Notes: generated by a model not told the origin, from the sequence alone. A stretch of DNA of 64,000 nt from Patescibacteria group bacterium (GCA_041661505.1 JBAZUF010000003.1:10772-74771); one strand, 5' to 3'; shown: positions 28,766 through 39,263, counted from the first letter of the stretch. Translations and numbers: made by a program.

Positions 28766-29398
28766 ATGAGCGGCTTTGATATCTTTCTCATTCTCGTCAT
28801 CGCCGGATTTGCTTTTTACGGCTTGTTCCATGGTTTAATAAAAACTATCGGAGCGATTATCGCGTTAATCGTCGGCGTCTGGATTGCAAATTTATTTTAT
28901 CTTCCAGCTTATGATTTGGCGAAAAAAATATTTTTCGGCTTTGATACTTTAGGCCATGTTCTAGTTTTTATGGTTCTTTTCGTAATAGCTAACCGGCTGG
29001 TTAATTTAGTATTCGTCCTTATCGAAGGAAGTTATAATTCGCTTTTCTTCATTCCGTTTTTAAAAACAATCAACCGATTGTTAGGCGCGATTTTCGGCCT
29101 GATCCTTGGCGGTTTGATTGTCGGCTTTTCCTTATATGGGTTAGAGCAGGCAGGATTTTTAAAAAGTTTTTTAGCCCCTTATTTAGAGGGATCGCAGATC
29201 GCTCCGCCCCTTCTGAAATACGTTGGAGTTATTGTCCCGCTCTTACCAAACCTTTGGAATAAAATTATCGGGGCTAAGGATATGAAAAAACCCGACGCTA
29301 TTAATTTTAGCAGCGTAAAACTGGAAGACTTTAATTTGGATAAGATAAAAACTACCGGGCAACAGCTGAAGGAAAGCGTATGGAACACCTCAAAGTGA
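28766..29398 (+). CDS. cvpA: CvpA-family membrane protein
   Basis: An N-terminal DIFLILVIAGFAFYGLFHGLIKTIGAIIALIVG pattern and 4 TM helices are typical of CvpA. Confidence 0.7.
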   Translation: MSGFDIFLILVIAGFAFYGLFHGLIKTIGAIIALIVGVWIANLFYLPAYDLAKKIFFGFDTLGHVLVFMVLFVIANRLVNLVFVLIEGSYNSLFFIPFLKTINRLLGAIFGLILGGLIVGFSLYGLEQAGFLKSFLAPYLEGSQIAPPLLKYVGVIVPLLPNLWNKIIGAKDMKKPDAINFSSVKLEDFNLDKIKTTGQQLKESVWNTSK

Positions 29399-29970
29399 AT
29401 TTAAAAAAAATACAGAAAAACGAAATTGACAGGATTGTCAATTTTTTAAACCGTGGAAAGGTAATTGTTTATCCGACGGATACGATTTACGGATTAGGGT
29501 GCCTCGCGACCGATAAAAAAGCCATTAAAAAAATTTATAAAATTAAGAAGCGGGAAAAGGGAAAGCCCATGCTTATCTTAGTTAGCAGTCTCGCGATGGC
29601 AAAAAAATATTCCCGGATCAATAAGGCGCAAAATAAGTATTTAAAGAAAATCTGGCCCGGACCGGTTTCGGTCGTGCTTGAAAAAAAGAGAGGCCTGCCC
29701 CGGGAATTGTCCGGCGGTCTAAAGACGCAGGCGATGAGGCTGCCTAAAAATGATTTTCTCCTTAAAATAATTAGAAAGCTCGGAGCACCTATCATATCCA
29801 CCAGCTTGAATTTAAGCGGCAAAGCGCCGGCCAAGGATGTCCGGGGGATAAGCCGGATATTTAAAAAAGAAAAGCCGGACTTAGTAGTGGACGGCGGAAA
29901 GCTAAAAGGCCGATCCTCAAAACTCATTGACTTAAGGGATGTTAAAAATATTAAAATTATCAGGAAATAA
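29380..29970 (+). CDS. tsaC: L-threonylcarbamoyladenylate synthase (TsaC/YrdC family)
   Basis: VIVYPTDTIYGLGC, MRLP and STSLNLSG motifs. Confidence 0.8.
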   Translation: MEHLKVNLKKIQKNEIDRIVNFLNRGKVIVYPTDTIYGLGCLATDKKAIKKIYKIKKREKGKPMLILVSSLAMAKKYSRINKAQNKYLKKIWPGPVSVVLEKKRGLPRELSGGLKTQAMRLPKNDFLLKIIRKLGAPIISTSLNLSGKAPAKDVRGISRIFKKEKPDLVVDGGKLKGRSSKLIDLRDVKNIKIIRK

Positions 29971-29973
29971 TAT

Positions 29974-30816
29974 ATGTTCATCGATACCCACGCCCATGTA
30001 AATTTCCGCGCCTTTAGGGAAGACGCCGACGAGGTGATTAAACGCGCCTTGGAAAACGATACCTGGATGATTCTGGTTGGCTCCGAATACCGGACCTCGA
30101 AGCGGGCGATTGATTACGCCAATAAGTTTGAGAAAGGCGTTTACGCCGCTATCGGCATCCATCCGATCCATTTGCACCCAATGGAATTTTCAGAAGAGGA
30201 AGAAGAAATGAGCGCTACCGGAGAGGAATTTAATTTCGATATGTATGAGAAGCTGACGACTTTCGAGAAAGTTGTGGCAATTGGCGAAATTGGCCTGGAC
30301 TATTTTCATTTGCCTAAAACGGGCGACCTGGAGGAGGTGAAAGAGAAACAAAAGAAAGTATTTCTTGAACAAGTCATCTTGGGAAGGACAAAAAATTTGC
30401 CGGTGATAATCCACTGCCGGGACGCACATGACGATATGCTCGCGATTTTGAAAGAGTTCAAAAGGAAGAATAAGGAGCTTTTTCCGGCTGACGGGCGGCC
30501 ATGGGGCGTGATGCATTGCTTTTACGGTTCGGAAGATCTAGCTTGGCAGTATTTTAATTTAGGGCTATTAGTCTCTTTTACTGGATTGATAACCTTTAAC
30601 CGCCAAAATGACGAGCTCTTGCGCAAAGTACCTTTGCATAAATTTATGGTAGAGACCGATTGTCCCTTTATGGCGCCGGAGCCATTCCGGGGAAAAAGAA
30701 ACGAACCGTCGCTCGTAAAATACGTAGCGGCGCGGATTGCCGAGGCAAAAGGTTTGACAATAGATAAAATTGCTGACGTAACTACAAAAAATGCCCGTGA
30801 ATTGTTTAATATTTAA
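29974..30816 (+). CDS. tatD: TatD-family metal-dependent hydrolase/DNase
   Basis: FIDTHAHV, IGEIGLDY, IHCRDA, HCF and ETDCPF motifs. Confidence 0.85.
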   Translation: MFIDTHAHVNFRAFREDADEVIKRALENDTWMILVGSEYRTSKRAIDYANKFEKGVYAAIGIHPIHLHPMEFSEEEEEMSATGEEFNFDMYEKLTTFEKVVAIGEIGLDYFHLPKTGDLEEVKEKQKKVFLEQVILGRTKNLPVIIHCRDAHDDMLAILKEFKRKNKELFPADGRPWGVMHCFYGSEDLAWQYFNLGLLVSFTGLITFNRQNDELLRKVPLHKFMVETDCPFMAPEPFRGKRNEPSLVKYVAARIAEAKGLTIDKIADVTTKNARELFNI

Positions 30817-30849
30817 GGCAAGAAAGCGGTTGAAACGTCAAAAAAAGTA

Positions 30850-30878
30850 TTGACTTATGTCTTCATTTGATATTAAAT
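30850..30878 (+). promoter_or_regulatory. Candidate promoter of the atp operon
   Basis: TTGACT at 30850-30855, a 17-nt spacer, then TTAAAT at 30873-30878. Confidence 0.4.
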
Positions 30879-30893
30879 ATAGAAGAGAGAAGT

Positions 30894-31199
30894 ATGAATG
30901 AAGATGACCAAACTCCACAAGGATTGGATGATTCTAAAAAGAAATCCAAAGAAAAAGCCTGGTGGACGCCAGCGCTAATTTTATTTTTCCGGTTTTCTTC
31001 CTGGATTGCCTTTCCGGTTCTAATCGGGGCGTTTATCGGCAACTGGGTTGATGATAAATATAACGGCGGAAAATCTTTTTACCTTTTTTTCCTGATCGGC
31101 TTATCGTTTTTCGTTTCCATGTTCGGTCTGGTCAGGGAAGCCGGGAGGGAATTTAAAAGGATTGAAGAGGAAGAGGATGAAAAGAAAAGTAAAAAATAA
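30894..31199 (+). CDS. AtpI/AtpZ-like small membrane protein preceding the F0 genes
   Basis: Two TM helices (WWTPALILFFRFSSWIAFPVLIGAFIGNWVDD.., FYLFFLIGLSFFVSMFGLV), located immediately upstream of atpB. The ATG at 30894 is preferred over the TTG at 30867. Confidence 0.55.
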   Translation: MNEDDQTPQGLDDSKKKSKEKAWWTPALILFFRFSSWIAFPVLIGAFIGNWVDDKYNGGKSFYLFFLIGLSFFVSMFGLVREAGREFKRIEEEEDEKKSKK

Positions 31200-31219
31200 A
31201 TATTTGGCTATTAGATATT

Positions 31220-32176
31220 ATGCCTGAAGTTAAGGAACAACAAAATAACGCGGTACAGCACGAGGGAAGCGCCCAGGCTGTCGAAGCAGTGAGTAATACC
31301 GAGGCTCAAAGCAGTAAAGAGGGGAGTGCTGGGACCGGCACCGAGGCGCAAGCCGGAGGCAAAGAGGAAATTGTCACCGAAAACACGCTGTTCGCCGAGC
31401 CGATTATTCATTTTAAAAATTTTACCATTACCAATTCGCTTATCAATTCCTGGGTGGCGATTTTCATAATTTTAATTTTAGCCGTTATTGTCCGTTTTAA
31501 AATCAAGGCCATACCGCGCGGCATCCAGAACGTTTTTGAGATGGTTATTGAAGGGTTTTTGGGAATCTTTGACTCGGTTACCGGATCTAGAGAAAAATCC
31601 CTAAAATTCTTTCCCTTAGTATTCAGTTTTTTTATATTGATTTTAATCAATAACTGGTTAGGGCTCCTGCCGGGCGTCGGTTCGGTCGGACAGGTAGTTT
31701 CCGAGCATGGTGAAAAAGTATTTATTCCGTTTTTACGGGGCGGCACGGCTGATTTGAATACGACTTTAGCTTTGGCGATTATCGGCGTAGTAGTTTCGCA
31801 CATTTTCGGCGTCATAGCTTTAGGCTGGTGGGAATATCTGAATAAGTTTATCAATATAAAAGCCTTTTTAGAAATCCCGAAAAAGATAAAAGAAGATCCG
31901 ACTGTTTTGGTGGTGAATCCGATAAAAGCTTTGGTGGGCCTAATAGAAATAATTTCCGAACTGGCCAAAGTGGCAAGCCTTTCTTTCCGGTTATTCGGCA
32001 ATATTTTTGCCGGCGAAGTGCTTCTAGCTTCTATGGCCGCTATTTTAGCTTTTGTTTTGCCGGTACCATTCATGTTTTTAGAAGTAATTGTCGGGTTGAT
32101 CCAGGCTTTGATATTTAGCATGCTGATCTTGGCGTACTTGACCATGAATACCACTTCGCACGAAGAAGAGCATTAA
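31220..32176 (+). CDS. atpB: F0F1 ATP synthase subunit a
   Basis: Polytopic. The conserved LSFRLFGNIFAGE region contains the essential Arg. The operon position fits. An ~55-aa hydrophilic N-terminal extension is present. Confidence 0.85.
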   Translation: MPEVKEQQNNAVQHEGSAQAVEAVSNTEAQSSKEGSAGTGTEAQAGGKEEIVTENTLFAEPIIHFKNFTITNSLINSWVAIFIILILAVIVRFKIKAIPRGIQNVFEMVIEGFLGIFDSVTGSREKSLKFFPLVFSFFILILINNWLGLLPGVGSVGQVVSEHGEKVFIPFLRGGTADLNTTLALAIIGVVVSHIFGVIALGWWEYLNKFINIKAFLEIPKKIKEDPTVLVVNPIKALVGLIEIISELAKVASLSFRLFGNIFAGEVLLASMAAILAFVLPVPFMFLEVIVGLIQALIFSMLILAYLTMNTTSHEEEH

Positions 32177-32193
32177 TTAATTATTATATTTAA

Positions 32194-32415
<222 letters not shown>

Positions 32416-32430
32416 TAGTAGTTTTACGGA

Positions 32431-32460
32431 CTGCCTCCCGCCAACAAAAGTGGGAGGCAG
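32431..32460 (+). other. Stable stem-loop directly downstream of atpE with no U-tract
   Basis: A perfect 9-bp stem, ctgcctccc (32431-32439) with gggaggcag (32452-32460), and a 12-nt loop. It is followed by aggtaag, so it is not a canonical terminator. Confidence 0.6.
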
Positions 32461-32476
32461 AGGTAAGACTATTAAT

Positions 32477-32510
32477 CAATTGTCAATTAACAATGTACAA
32501 TTATCAATTG
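32477..32510 (+). repeat. CAATT-rich 34-nt intergenic repeat, copy A (upstream of atpF)
   Basis: caattgtcaattaacaatgtacaattatcaattg matches copy B at 28 of 34 positions by hand alignment. A 14-nt direct repeat aattgaaaattgaa follows at 32506-32519 and 32527-32540. Confidence 0.6.
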
Positions 32511-32543
32511 AAAATTGAAGATTGATAATTGAAAATTGAATTT

Positions 32544-33056
32544 ATGGATTCACTAATTGAGACTTTTCACATTGATTTAAAACTGCTTTTAGCCCAGGCC
32601 ATTAACTTTGCCATCGTCTTAGCCGTGCTTTACTATTTGATTTTGAAGCCGATTATGAAAACTATGGGCGAACGGACGTCAAAAATAGAAAAGAGCCTGG
32701 CCGACGCCGAACGGATTGAAAAGGAATTAAAGAAGACTGAAGTTGACCGGAAGGAAGTACTCGCCCGGGCGAAAAAGGAAGCTAATGATATTATGGAGAA
32801 GACCGCCGCGATGGCCGAAGAGAAGAAAAAGGAAATGATTAACAAGGCTCGGGAAGAAATCGGCGTGATAATCAATAAGGAAAAAGAAAAGATGCAGTTT
32901 GAAAAAGAAATCACTCTAAAAGAAATCCGAAAAGAAATCGGAGAATTGGTAGTTTTAGCGGTAGAAAAAGTATTAAATAAAAAGGTGGATTCACGCGAAG
33001 ATAAGGAGTTAATTGAGAAGATGGTTAAGGAAACTAAAGGGATTATAAATAATTGA
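32544..33056 (+). CDS. atpF: F0F1 ATP synthase subunit b
   Basis: One N-terminal TM helix (LLAQAINFAIVLAVLYYLILKPI) followed by a long charged helix. The operon position fits. The ATG at 32544 is preferred over the TTG at 32529. Confidence 0.8.
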   Translation: MDSLIETFHIDLKLLLAQAINFAIVLAVLYYLILKPIMKTMGERTSKIEKSLADAERIEKELKKTEVDRKEVLARAKKEANDIMEKTAAMAEEKKKEMINKAREEIGVIINKEKEKMQFEKEITLKEIRKEIGELVVLAVEKVLNKKVDSREDKELIEKMVKETKGIINN

Positions 33057-33083
33057 CAATCTACAATGATCAATTATCAATTG
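33050..33083 (+). repeat. CAATT-rich 34-nt intergenic repeat, copy B (overlaps the atpF stop, upstream of atpH)
   Basis: taattgacaatctacaatgatcaattatcaattg. See copy A. Confidence 0.6.
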
Positions 33084-33090
33084 CGATAGT

Positions 33091-33492
33091 ATGAAAATTT
33101 CCGCCAAACAATACGCGCTTGCGCTCTACGAAACCATCCAGGGGAAAAAGGACGGCCAGGTTATAGATGCCTTGAAAAAATTTGTTAAAATGCTCGCTAA
33201 AAACAACGATTTTAAAAAAGCTAAAGATATTGCCCGAGAACTGGATAAGATATATAGGAAAGAAGAGGGAGTGCTAGAGGCCGAAATAACGAGCGCTAAT
33301 CCGCTAAAAAGGGAAATGGCTAATATGCTAAAGGAGTATGTCGCAGGAATTAGCGGAGCGAAAAAAGTGGAAATGAAGGAAAGCGTCGATAAGGATATCT
33401 TGGGCGGCGTAATTATAAGATATGAAGACAAAGTAATTGATGGAAGTTTAAGAAATCGGCTAAGTGAACTAAAAAGGGATTTAGCTAAATAA
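33091..33492 (+). CDS. atpH: F0F1 ATP synthase subunit delta (short, 133 aa)
   Basis: Operon position between atpF and atpA. The C-terminal [32 protein letters not shown] matches the delta/OSCP C-terminal pattern. Confidence 0.75.
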   Translation: MKISAKQYALALYETIQGKKDGQVIDALKKFVKMLAKNNDFKKAKDIARELDKIYRKEEGVLEAEITSANPLKREMANMLKEYVAGISGAKKVEMKESVDKDILGGVIIRYEDKVIDGSLRNRLSELKRDLAK

Positions 33493-33511
33493 TTACCTCA
33501 TAAATAATAAT

Positions 33512-35026
33512 ATGGCAACAAAAGATTTTATTATCGAACAATTAAAAAATGAAATTTCCGGTTTTAAGGCTGAAGCAAAAAAGCAGTCAGTCGGCACCGT
33601 TATTGAAGTCGGGGACGGCATCGCGCGCATTTCAGGATTGTCCGACGCTTTGGCTTCGGAAATGCTTGAATTCGTCGCCGGATCCGGAAAAAAAGTCTAC
33701 GGCGTGGTATTTAACCTGGAGGAAGATAACGTCGGCGCGGTAATTTTAGGGGACTATACGGAAATTAAGGAAGGGGACCAGGTAAACCGGACTGATAAGA
33801 TTTTGTCCGTGCCGGTAGGCGAGGGCGTTGTCGGCCGGGTGGTGAACGCTTTGGGCGAACCGGTGGACGGCAAAGGCGCCATCGAATCCAAAAATTTTTA
33901 TCCGGTGGAAAAAATCGCTCCGGGCGTTATTACCCGCGAATCAGTCAAACAGCCGGTCCAGACCGGAATTAAAGCCATTGACGCCATGATCCCGATCGGC
34001 CGCGGACAGCGCGAACTCATCATCGGCGACCGCCAAATCGGTAAAACCGCGATTGCCATCGATACGATTATTAACCAGAAGGGCCAGAACATGAAATGCA
34101 TTTACGTAGCGGTCGGACAAAAAGAATCCAAAGTCGCTAATATCGTCGCGCGATTAGAAGCCGCCGGAGCCATGGATTACACAACAATAGTTTTAGCCGG
34201 CGCTTCTGACCCGGCGTCTCTTCTCTATATCGCCCCTTACGCCGGAACTGCTATGGCCGAATACTTCTTAGATAAAGGCGAAGACGTTCTTGTGGTTTAT
34301 GACGATTTGTCCAAGCACGCCGTCGCTTACCGCGAAATATCACTGCTCCTTCGCCGGCCTCCGGGACGGGAAGCTTATCCCGGCGACGTATTCTATTTAC
34401 ATTCCCGCTTGCTGGAAAGATCGTGCAAGCTAAATAAAGATTTTGGCGGCGGATCAATTACCGCTTTGCCGATTATTGAAACCCAGGCCGGCGACTTGTC
34501 CGCTTATATTCCGACTAACGTAATTTCCATTACTGACGGACAAATCTTTTTGGAAGGCGACTTATTCTACCAGGGCCAGCGCCCGGCTATTAACGCGGGA
34601 CTTTCCGTATCCCGGGTTGGCAGTTCCGCTCAAATTAAGGCGATGAAAAAAGTAGCCGGCCAGATGCGCTTAGACGCCGCCCAATACCGCGAATTAGCCG
34701 CCTTTGCTCAATTTGGTTCAGACTTAGACGCCGAAACCAAATCTAAGCTTGAGCTCGGAAAACGGCTGATGGAAATCCTAAAGCAAGACCAGTACGCGAC
34801 CGTGTCAGTAACCCAGCAGGTATTAATTTTCTTCGCGCTGATTAATGGCTATGTTAACGATGTAGCGGTAGAAAAAGTCAGGGAATTCGAAGCAGGCCTT
34901 CATAAATACGCCGCTACTAACGGCGAAAAGATATTAAAGGCCATTGAAGAGACTAAAGAAATCAGCGAGAAAGCGGAAAAAGACGTAAGGAAATTAATTG
35001 AAGATTATAAAGCGACTTTAAGTTAA
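33512..35026 (+). CDS. atpA: F0F1 ATP synthase subunit alpha
   Basis: Walker A GDRQIGKT, plus [40 protein letters not shown]. Confidence 0.95.
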   Translation: MATKDFIIEQLKNEISGFKAEAKKQSVGTVIEVGDGIARISGLSDALASEMLEFVAGSGKKVYGVVFNLEEDNVGAVILGDYTEIKEGDQVNRTDKILSVPVGEGVVGRVVNALGEPVDGKGAIESKNFYPVEKIAPGVITRESVKQPVQTGIKAIDAMIPIGRGQRELIIGDRQIGKTAIAIDTIINQKGQNMKCIYVAVGQKESKVANIVARLEAAGAMDYTTIVLAGASDPASLLYIAPYAGTAMAEYFLDKGEDVLVVYDDLSKHAVAYREISLLLRRPPGREAYPGDVFYLHSRLLERSCKLNKDFGGGSITALPIIETQAGDLSAYIPTNVISITDGQIFLEGDLFYQGQRPAINAGLSVSRVGSSAQIKAMKKVAGQMRLDAAQYRELAAFAQFGSDLDAETKSKLELGKRLMEILKQDQYATVSVTQQVLIFFALINGYVNDVAVEKVREFEAGLHKYAATNGEKILKAIEETKEISEKAEKDVRKLIEDYKATLS

Positions 35027-35027
35027 T

Positions 35028-36008
35028 ATGCCGTCAACCAGAGACATAAGAAGAAGGATAAAATCGGTCGGGAACATGAAAAAAATTACCCGGGCGATGG
35101 AAATGGCTTCGGCCGCGAAAATGCGCAAAGCCATTGAAGCCGTACTCCGCACCCGGACTTACGCCAATTTAAGCTGGGAGACGGTTTTACATTTGTCTCA
35201 AACTTCGAACGGCAGTAACGGCTCCGAAGGCCTGCACCCCCTTTTGACGGCAAAGAAAAACGCGAAGCGTATTGGAATAATTTTAGTTACATCCAACCGG
35301 GGGCTTTGCGGCGGCTTTAACATGAATGTCATAAAAAAAGTCCACGAATCCATAAAAAAGCACCAATATATCGGCTCGCAAATTGAAATTGAACCGGAAA
35401 TAATTTTAATCGGTAAAAAGGGCCAGGCGGTTGCCCGCTACTATGGCTATAAGCTCGGCGCCGAGTTCCCGAAAGAGGATTTTGTTACCGAAGTGAATGA
35501 AGTTATCCCGATCGCCAAGTTCGCAATCGATGAATATTTGGCCGGGAATTACGACAAAGTAATGGTTGGTTATACGGATTTTGTAAACGCCGCCCGCCAG
35601 GTGCCGAGAGTAAAGCAATTATTGCCAGTGGAAGTAGAATATGAAGAAGATCATCTCGGGATTGTCGGAGAGGATACGAGGGTAGGGATTGATAAAAAAT
35701 TAATGGATGAGAAAAAGGAAAAGCACTTGGCTAAAGCCGAGAACGTTTATGATTATACTTTTGAACCCTCGCCCCGGGAAGTCTTGGACGAGATGGTCCC
35801 GCGCTTAATTGAGGTGCAATTGTTCCAAGCGCTCTTGGAATCAAATGCATCTGAACACAGCGCCCGGATGGCCGCCATGCACCAAGCGACCGAAGCGGCC
35901 GGCGATATGATCGACGAGTTAACGCTCTTTTATAACAAGGCGCGGCAAGCCGGCATTACCCGCGAGATCGCGGAAATTTCGGCTGGGGCGAATGCTTTGG
36001 TTGAATAG
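35028..36008 (+). CDS. atpG: F0F1 ATP synthase subunit gamma
   Basis: N-terminal IRRRIKSVGNMKKITRAMEMASAAKMRKA and C-terminal ELTLFYNKARQAGITREIAEISAGANAL. Confidence 0.9.
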   Translation: MPSTRDIRRRIKSVGNMKKITRAMEMASAAKMRKAIEAVLRTRTYANLSWETVLHLSQTSNGSNGSEGLHPLLTAKKNAKRIGIILVTSNRGLCGGFNMNVIKKVHESIKKHQYIGSQIEIEPEIILIGKKGQAVARYYGYKLGAEFPKEDFVTEVNEVIPIAKFAIDEYLAGNYDKVMVGYTDFVNAARQVPRVKQLLPVEVEYEEDHLGIVGEDTRVGIDKKLMDEKKEKHLAKAENVYDYTFEPSPREVLDEMVPRLIEVQLFQALLESNASEHSARMAAMHQATEAAGDMIDELTLFYNKARQAGITREIAEISAGANALVE

Positions 36009-36010
36009 CT

Positions 36011-36041
36011 GAAAAAGAAAAACCCCCTGACGGACAGAGGG
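36011..36041 (-). terminator. Rho-independent terminator oriented for the minus-strand gene inside the atp operon
   Basis: The minus-strand RNA reads CCCUCUG-UCCGU-CAGGGGG followed by UUUUUCUUUUU. On the plus strand the same stem has no downstream U-tract. Confidence 0.65.
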
Positions 36042-36125
36042 CTTATAAAGTGGTAAATCACGGGCGATGCTTTGGCGAATTTTACGCCATGGCACGAATC
36101 GCGGGGGCACTGGCTGGACTCGGCG

Positions 36126-36383
36126 TCATCTCTCCGAGGGAATTACTTCTTTGTCTTCGGGGACGCCAACAAACCAACCCAGGCAATGGATTGCATTAAA
36201 GGAGTCGTACGAAAATCCATCGGCGCCCAGGGAAGCTGCCTCTATGAAAGCCTCACATTCCGAAAGCTTAACCACCGGTTCGGGAAATTTAGTGCAGTAC
36301 TCTCCTATCGCCGCACTTTTTTCCGAAAGGTAAAATCTTCCGCCGGGCTTGATCTTACTAAAGGGCGTTTTTGAAATCTCCAT
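36126..36383 (-). CDS. Hypothetical 85-aa protein encoded antisense between atpG and atpD
   Basis: The ATG at 36383 is preceded by a near-perfect SD (aaaggaggtg) with 8-nt spacing, and the gene has its own terminator at 36011-36041. Product: MEISKTPFSKIKPGGRFYLSEK...LGWFVGVPEDKEVIPSER. No family confidently recognised. Confidence 0.55.
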   Translation of the reverse strand: MEISKTPFSKIKPGGRFYLSEKSAAIGEYCTKFPEPVVKLSECEAFIEAASLGADGFSYDSFNAIHCLGWFVGVPEDKEVIPSER

Positions 36384-36451
36384 TATCTTCACCTCCTTTC
36401 TGTGATGTAATAAAGAACATTAGGCTAGTAAGCTTATAATATTTTATATAA

Positions 36452-37858
<1,407 letters not shown>

Positions 37859-37934
37859 TTTAAGACAAGCCATGGCAGGCGTTCAATCGCGGATTTTATG
37901 CGGCGCCAGGATAATCAATAAATAAGCCATCAAT

Positions 37935-38378
37935 ATGGCCGATCAAAAAACTATACAATTTGAAATAGTCACCCCGGAAAGGGAGCTGTTAAAAGAACAG
38001 GTAATCCAAGTTACGGTTCCGACCAAGTCCGGGGAAATTACGGTTTTGCCCAACCACATCCCTTTAGTTTCAGTTTTAGTTCCGGGAGTGATTGAAGTGA
38101 AACTGGCTAACGGAAATTATGAAGTAATGTCGGTTTCCGGCGGTTTTATCGAAGTCTTGAAAGACAAGGTAGTGATTTTAGCCGATACGGCCGAGCGGGC
38201 CGAAGAAATTGATATTTCGCGCGCCGAAGAAGCAAAACAGCGGGCGGAGAAGACCCGGGAAAATCTCGAAAGATTTGATCAGGAGCAATTTGCCGATATT
38301 GCCGCGAAGATTTCTAAAGAATTGGCGCGCACCCGGGCGGCGAACAGATGGAGAAAACTAAGAGAGAACATCAAATAA
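37935..38378 (+). CDS. atpC: F0F1 ATP synthase subunit epsilon
   Basis: Operon position. The N-terminal beta-sandwich pattern (FEIVTPE...V.VPT..GEITVLPNHIPL...L..G) is followed by a C-terminal helical hairpin. Confidence 0.85.
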   Translation: MADQKTIQFEIVTPERELLKEQVIQVTVPTKSGEITVLPNHIPLVSVLVPGVIEVKLANGNYEVMSVSGGFIEVLKDKVVILADTAERAEEIDISRAEEAKQRAEKTRENLERFDQEQFADIAAKISKELARTRAANRWRKLRENIK

Positions 38379-38407
38379 AACGATTCAATTTTTTAAGACT
38401 TTTAAAA

Positions 38408-38438
38408 ACGGCCCATTAATTATCGGGGCTGTTTTTTT
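38408..38438 (+). terminator. Rho-independent terminator ending the atp operon
   Basis: Stem cggccc (38409-38414) with ggggctg (38425-38431), including one G-U pair, followed by T7. Confidence 0.7.
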
Positions 38439-38569
38439 GTAATATCCATCATCCTCGCCCGTCATCATAGGCAACAATAGAATAATAATTAATAAGTCTC
38501 TGAATTAAATAGCGGAGAAATTAATAGCAAGGAAGCAAGGTGAGAAAATAAAGGGGGCGCTGTTTAAAG

Positions 38570-39121
38570 ATGAGCGAAATTTATATGAGAAATAAAACAC
38601 TTTTGTCAGCATTGGGAGCAGTAATGATTGTTGGCTTGTCGTTAGGATTGGTTCCGGCGGCTTTGGCCGCCACTCCGGTTCTTACCGCTATCAATCTGAC
38701 ACCCGCGGTAGTAGCCGTTGGTGCGACCCACCAATTTACGGCCTCGCCTTTAGACCAATTCGGAAATCCAATTGCGGCGACTCTAACCTGGACATCAAGC
38801 AATACTACGGTAGGAACAGTTAACGGAAGCGGTTTGTTTAGCGCCTTAGCGGCTGGGCCTGCCACCGTAACCGCTACGAGCGGTTCGGTAAGCGGTACCG
38901 CCGGAGTATCGGTTACAAGCATGCCAGCCGGCAACAATGGCCATGAAGAAGAGAATGAAAATGAAGGAAATGAAAACGAAAGGGATCATAATAATCAGGG
39001 CGAGGAGAGTCATGAAAATGAAATGGAACATCATAACTGGCGTGATTGGGGTGAAGATGGAAATGGAATGAACCATCAGAATCCGAATGTAAGCTCGGAA
39101 TCACCTCATCAAGACGATTAA
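38570..39121 (+). CDS. Secreted protein with a bacterial Ig-like (Big_2) domain and a His/Asn/Glu-rich C-terminal tail
   Basis: Signal peptide (MRNKTLLSALGAVMIVGLSLGLVPAALA). Big_2-like block LTAINLTPAVVAVGATHQFTA...TWTSSNTTVGTVNGSGLFSALAAGPATVTATSGSVSGTA. Tail: NNGHEEENENEGNENERDHNNQGEESHENEMEHHNWRDWGEDGNGMNHQNPN. Confidence 0.65.
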   Translation: MSEIYMRNKTLLSALGAVMIVGLSLGLVPAALAATPVLTAINLTPAVVAVGATHQFTASPLDQFGNPIAATLTWTSSNTTVGTVNGSGLFSALAAGPATVTATSGSVSGTAGVSVTSMPAGNNGHEEENENEGNENERDHNNQGEESHENEMEHHNWRDWGEDGNGMNHQNPNVSSESPHQDD

Positions 39122-39163
39122 GCGCCTGTATTGCCCGAGTTTGACCGAAAAACCAAAGCATAA

Positions 39164-39196
39164 AACACTAATGCGGCTATAAGCATTGGTGTTTTT
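39164..39196 (+). terminator. Rho-independent terminator
   Basis: An 11-bp stem, aacactaatgc (39164-39174) with gcattggtgtt (39183-39193), containing one G-U pair and running into T-rich sequence. Confidence 0.75.
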
Positions 39197-39199
39197 ATA

Positions 39200-39228
39200 T
39201 TGACTTTTTGTTTTTTTAGTAATATATT
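39200..39228 (+). promoter_or_regulatory. Candidate promoter
   Basis: TTGACT at 39200-39205, a 17-nt spacer, then TATATT at 39223-39228. Confidence 0.45.
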
Positions 39229-39263
39229 ATTTAATAGTTTAATTCAGGTAATAATTTTTTTGT

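Noticed and set aside
31408-32154. A 248-aa minus-strand ORF covering almost all of atpB.
   Set aside because: This is a shadow ORF. The plus-strand frame encodes a recognisable subunit a (LSFRLFGNIFAGE). The antisense product is low-complexity, has no motif, and has no SD or promoter.
36123-36128. Possibility that TGA is read as a sense codon (code 25/4-like recoding, as in some CPR lineages), which would extend the antisense ORF.
   Set aside because: TGA ends well-conserved genes at their expected lengths: acpP at 5537-5539, pduL at 51179-51181, and the LTD gene at 5044-5046. The standard code 11 therefore applies.
36067-36374. Plus-strand ORFs of 88 and 100 aa in the atpG-atpD gap.
   Set aside because: Neither has an SD and both give Arg/Ser-rich nonsense-like products. 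Both overlap the minus-strand ORF, which has an excellent SD and its own terminator.
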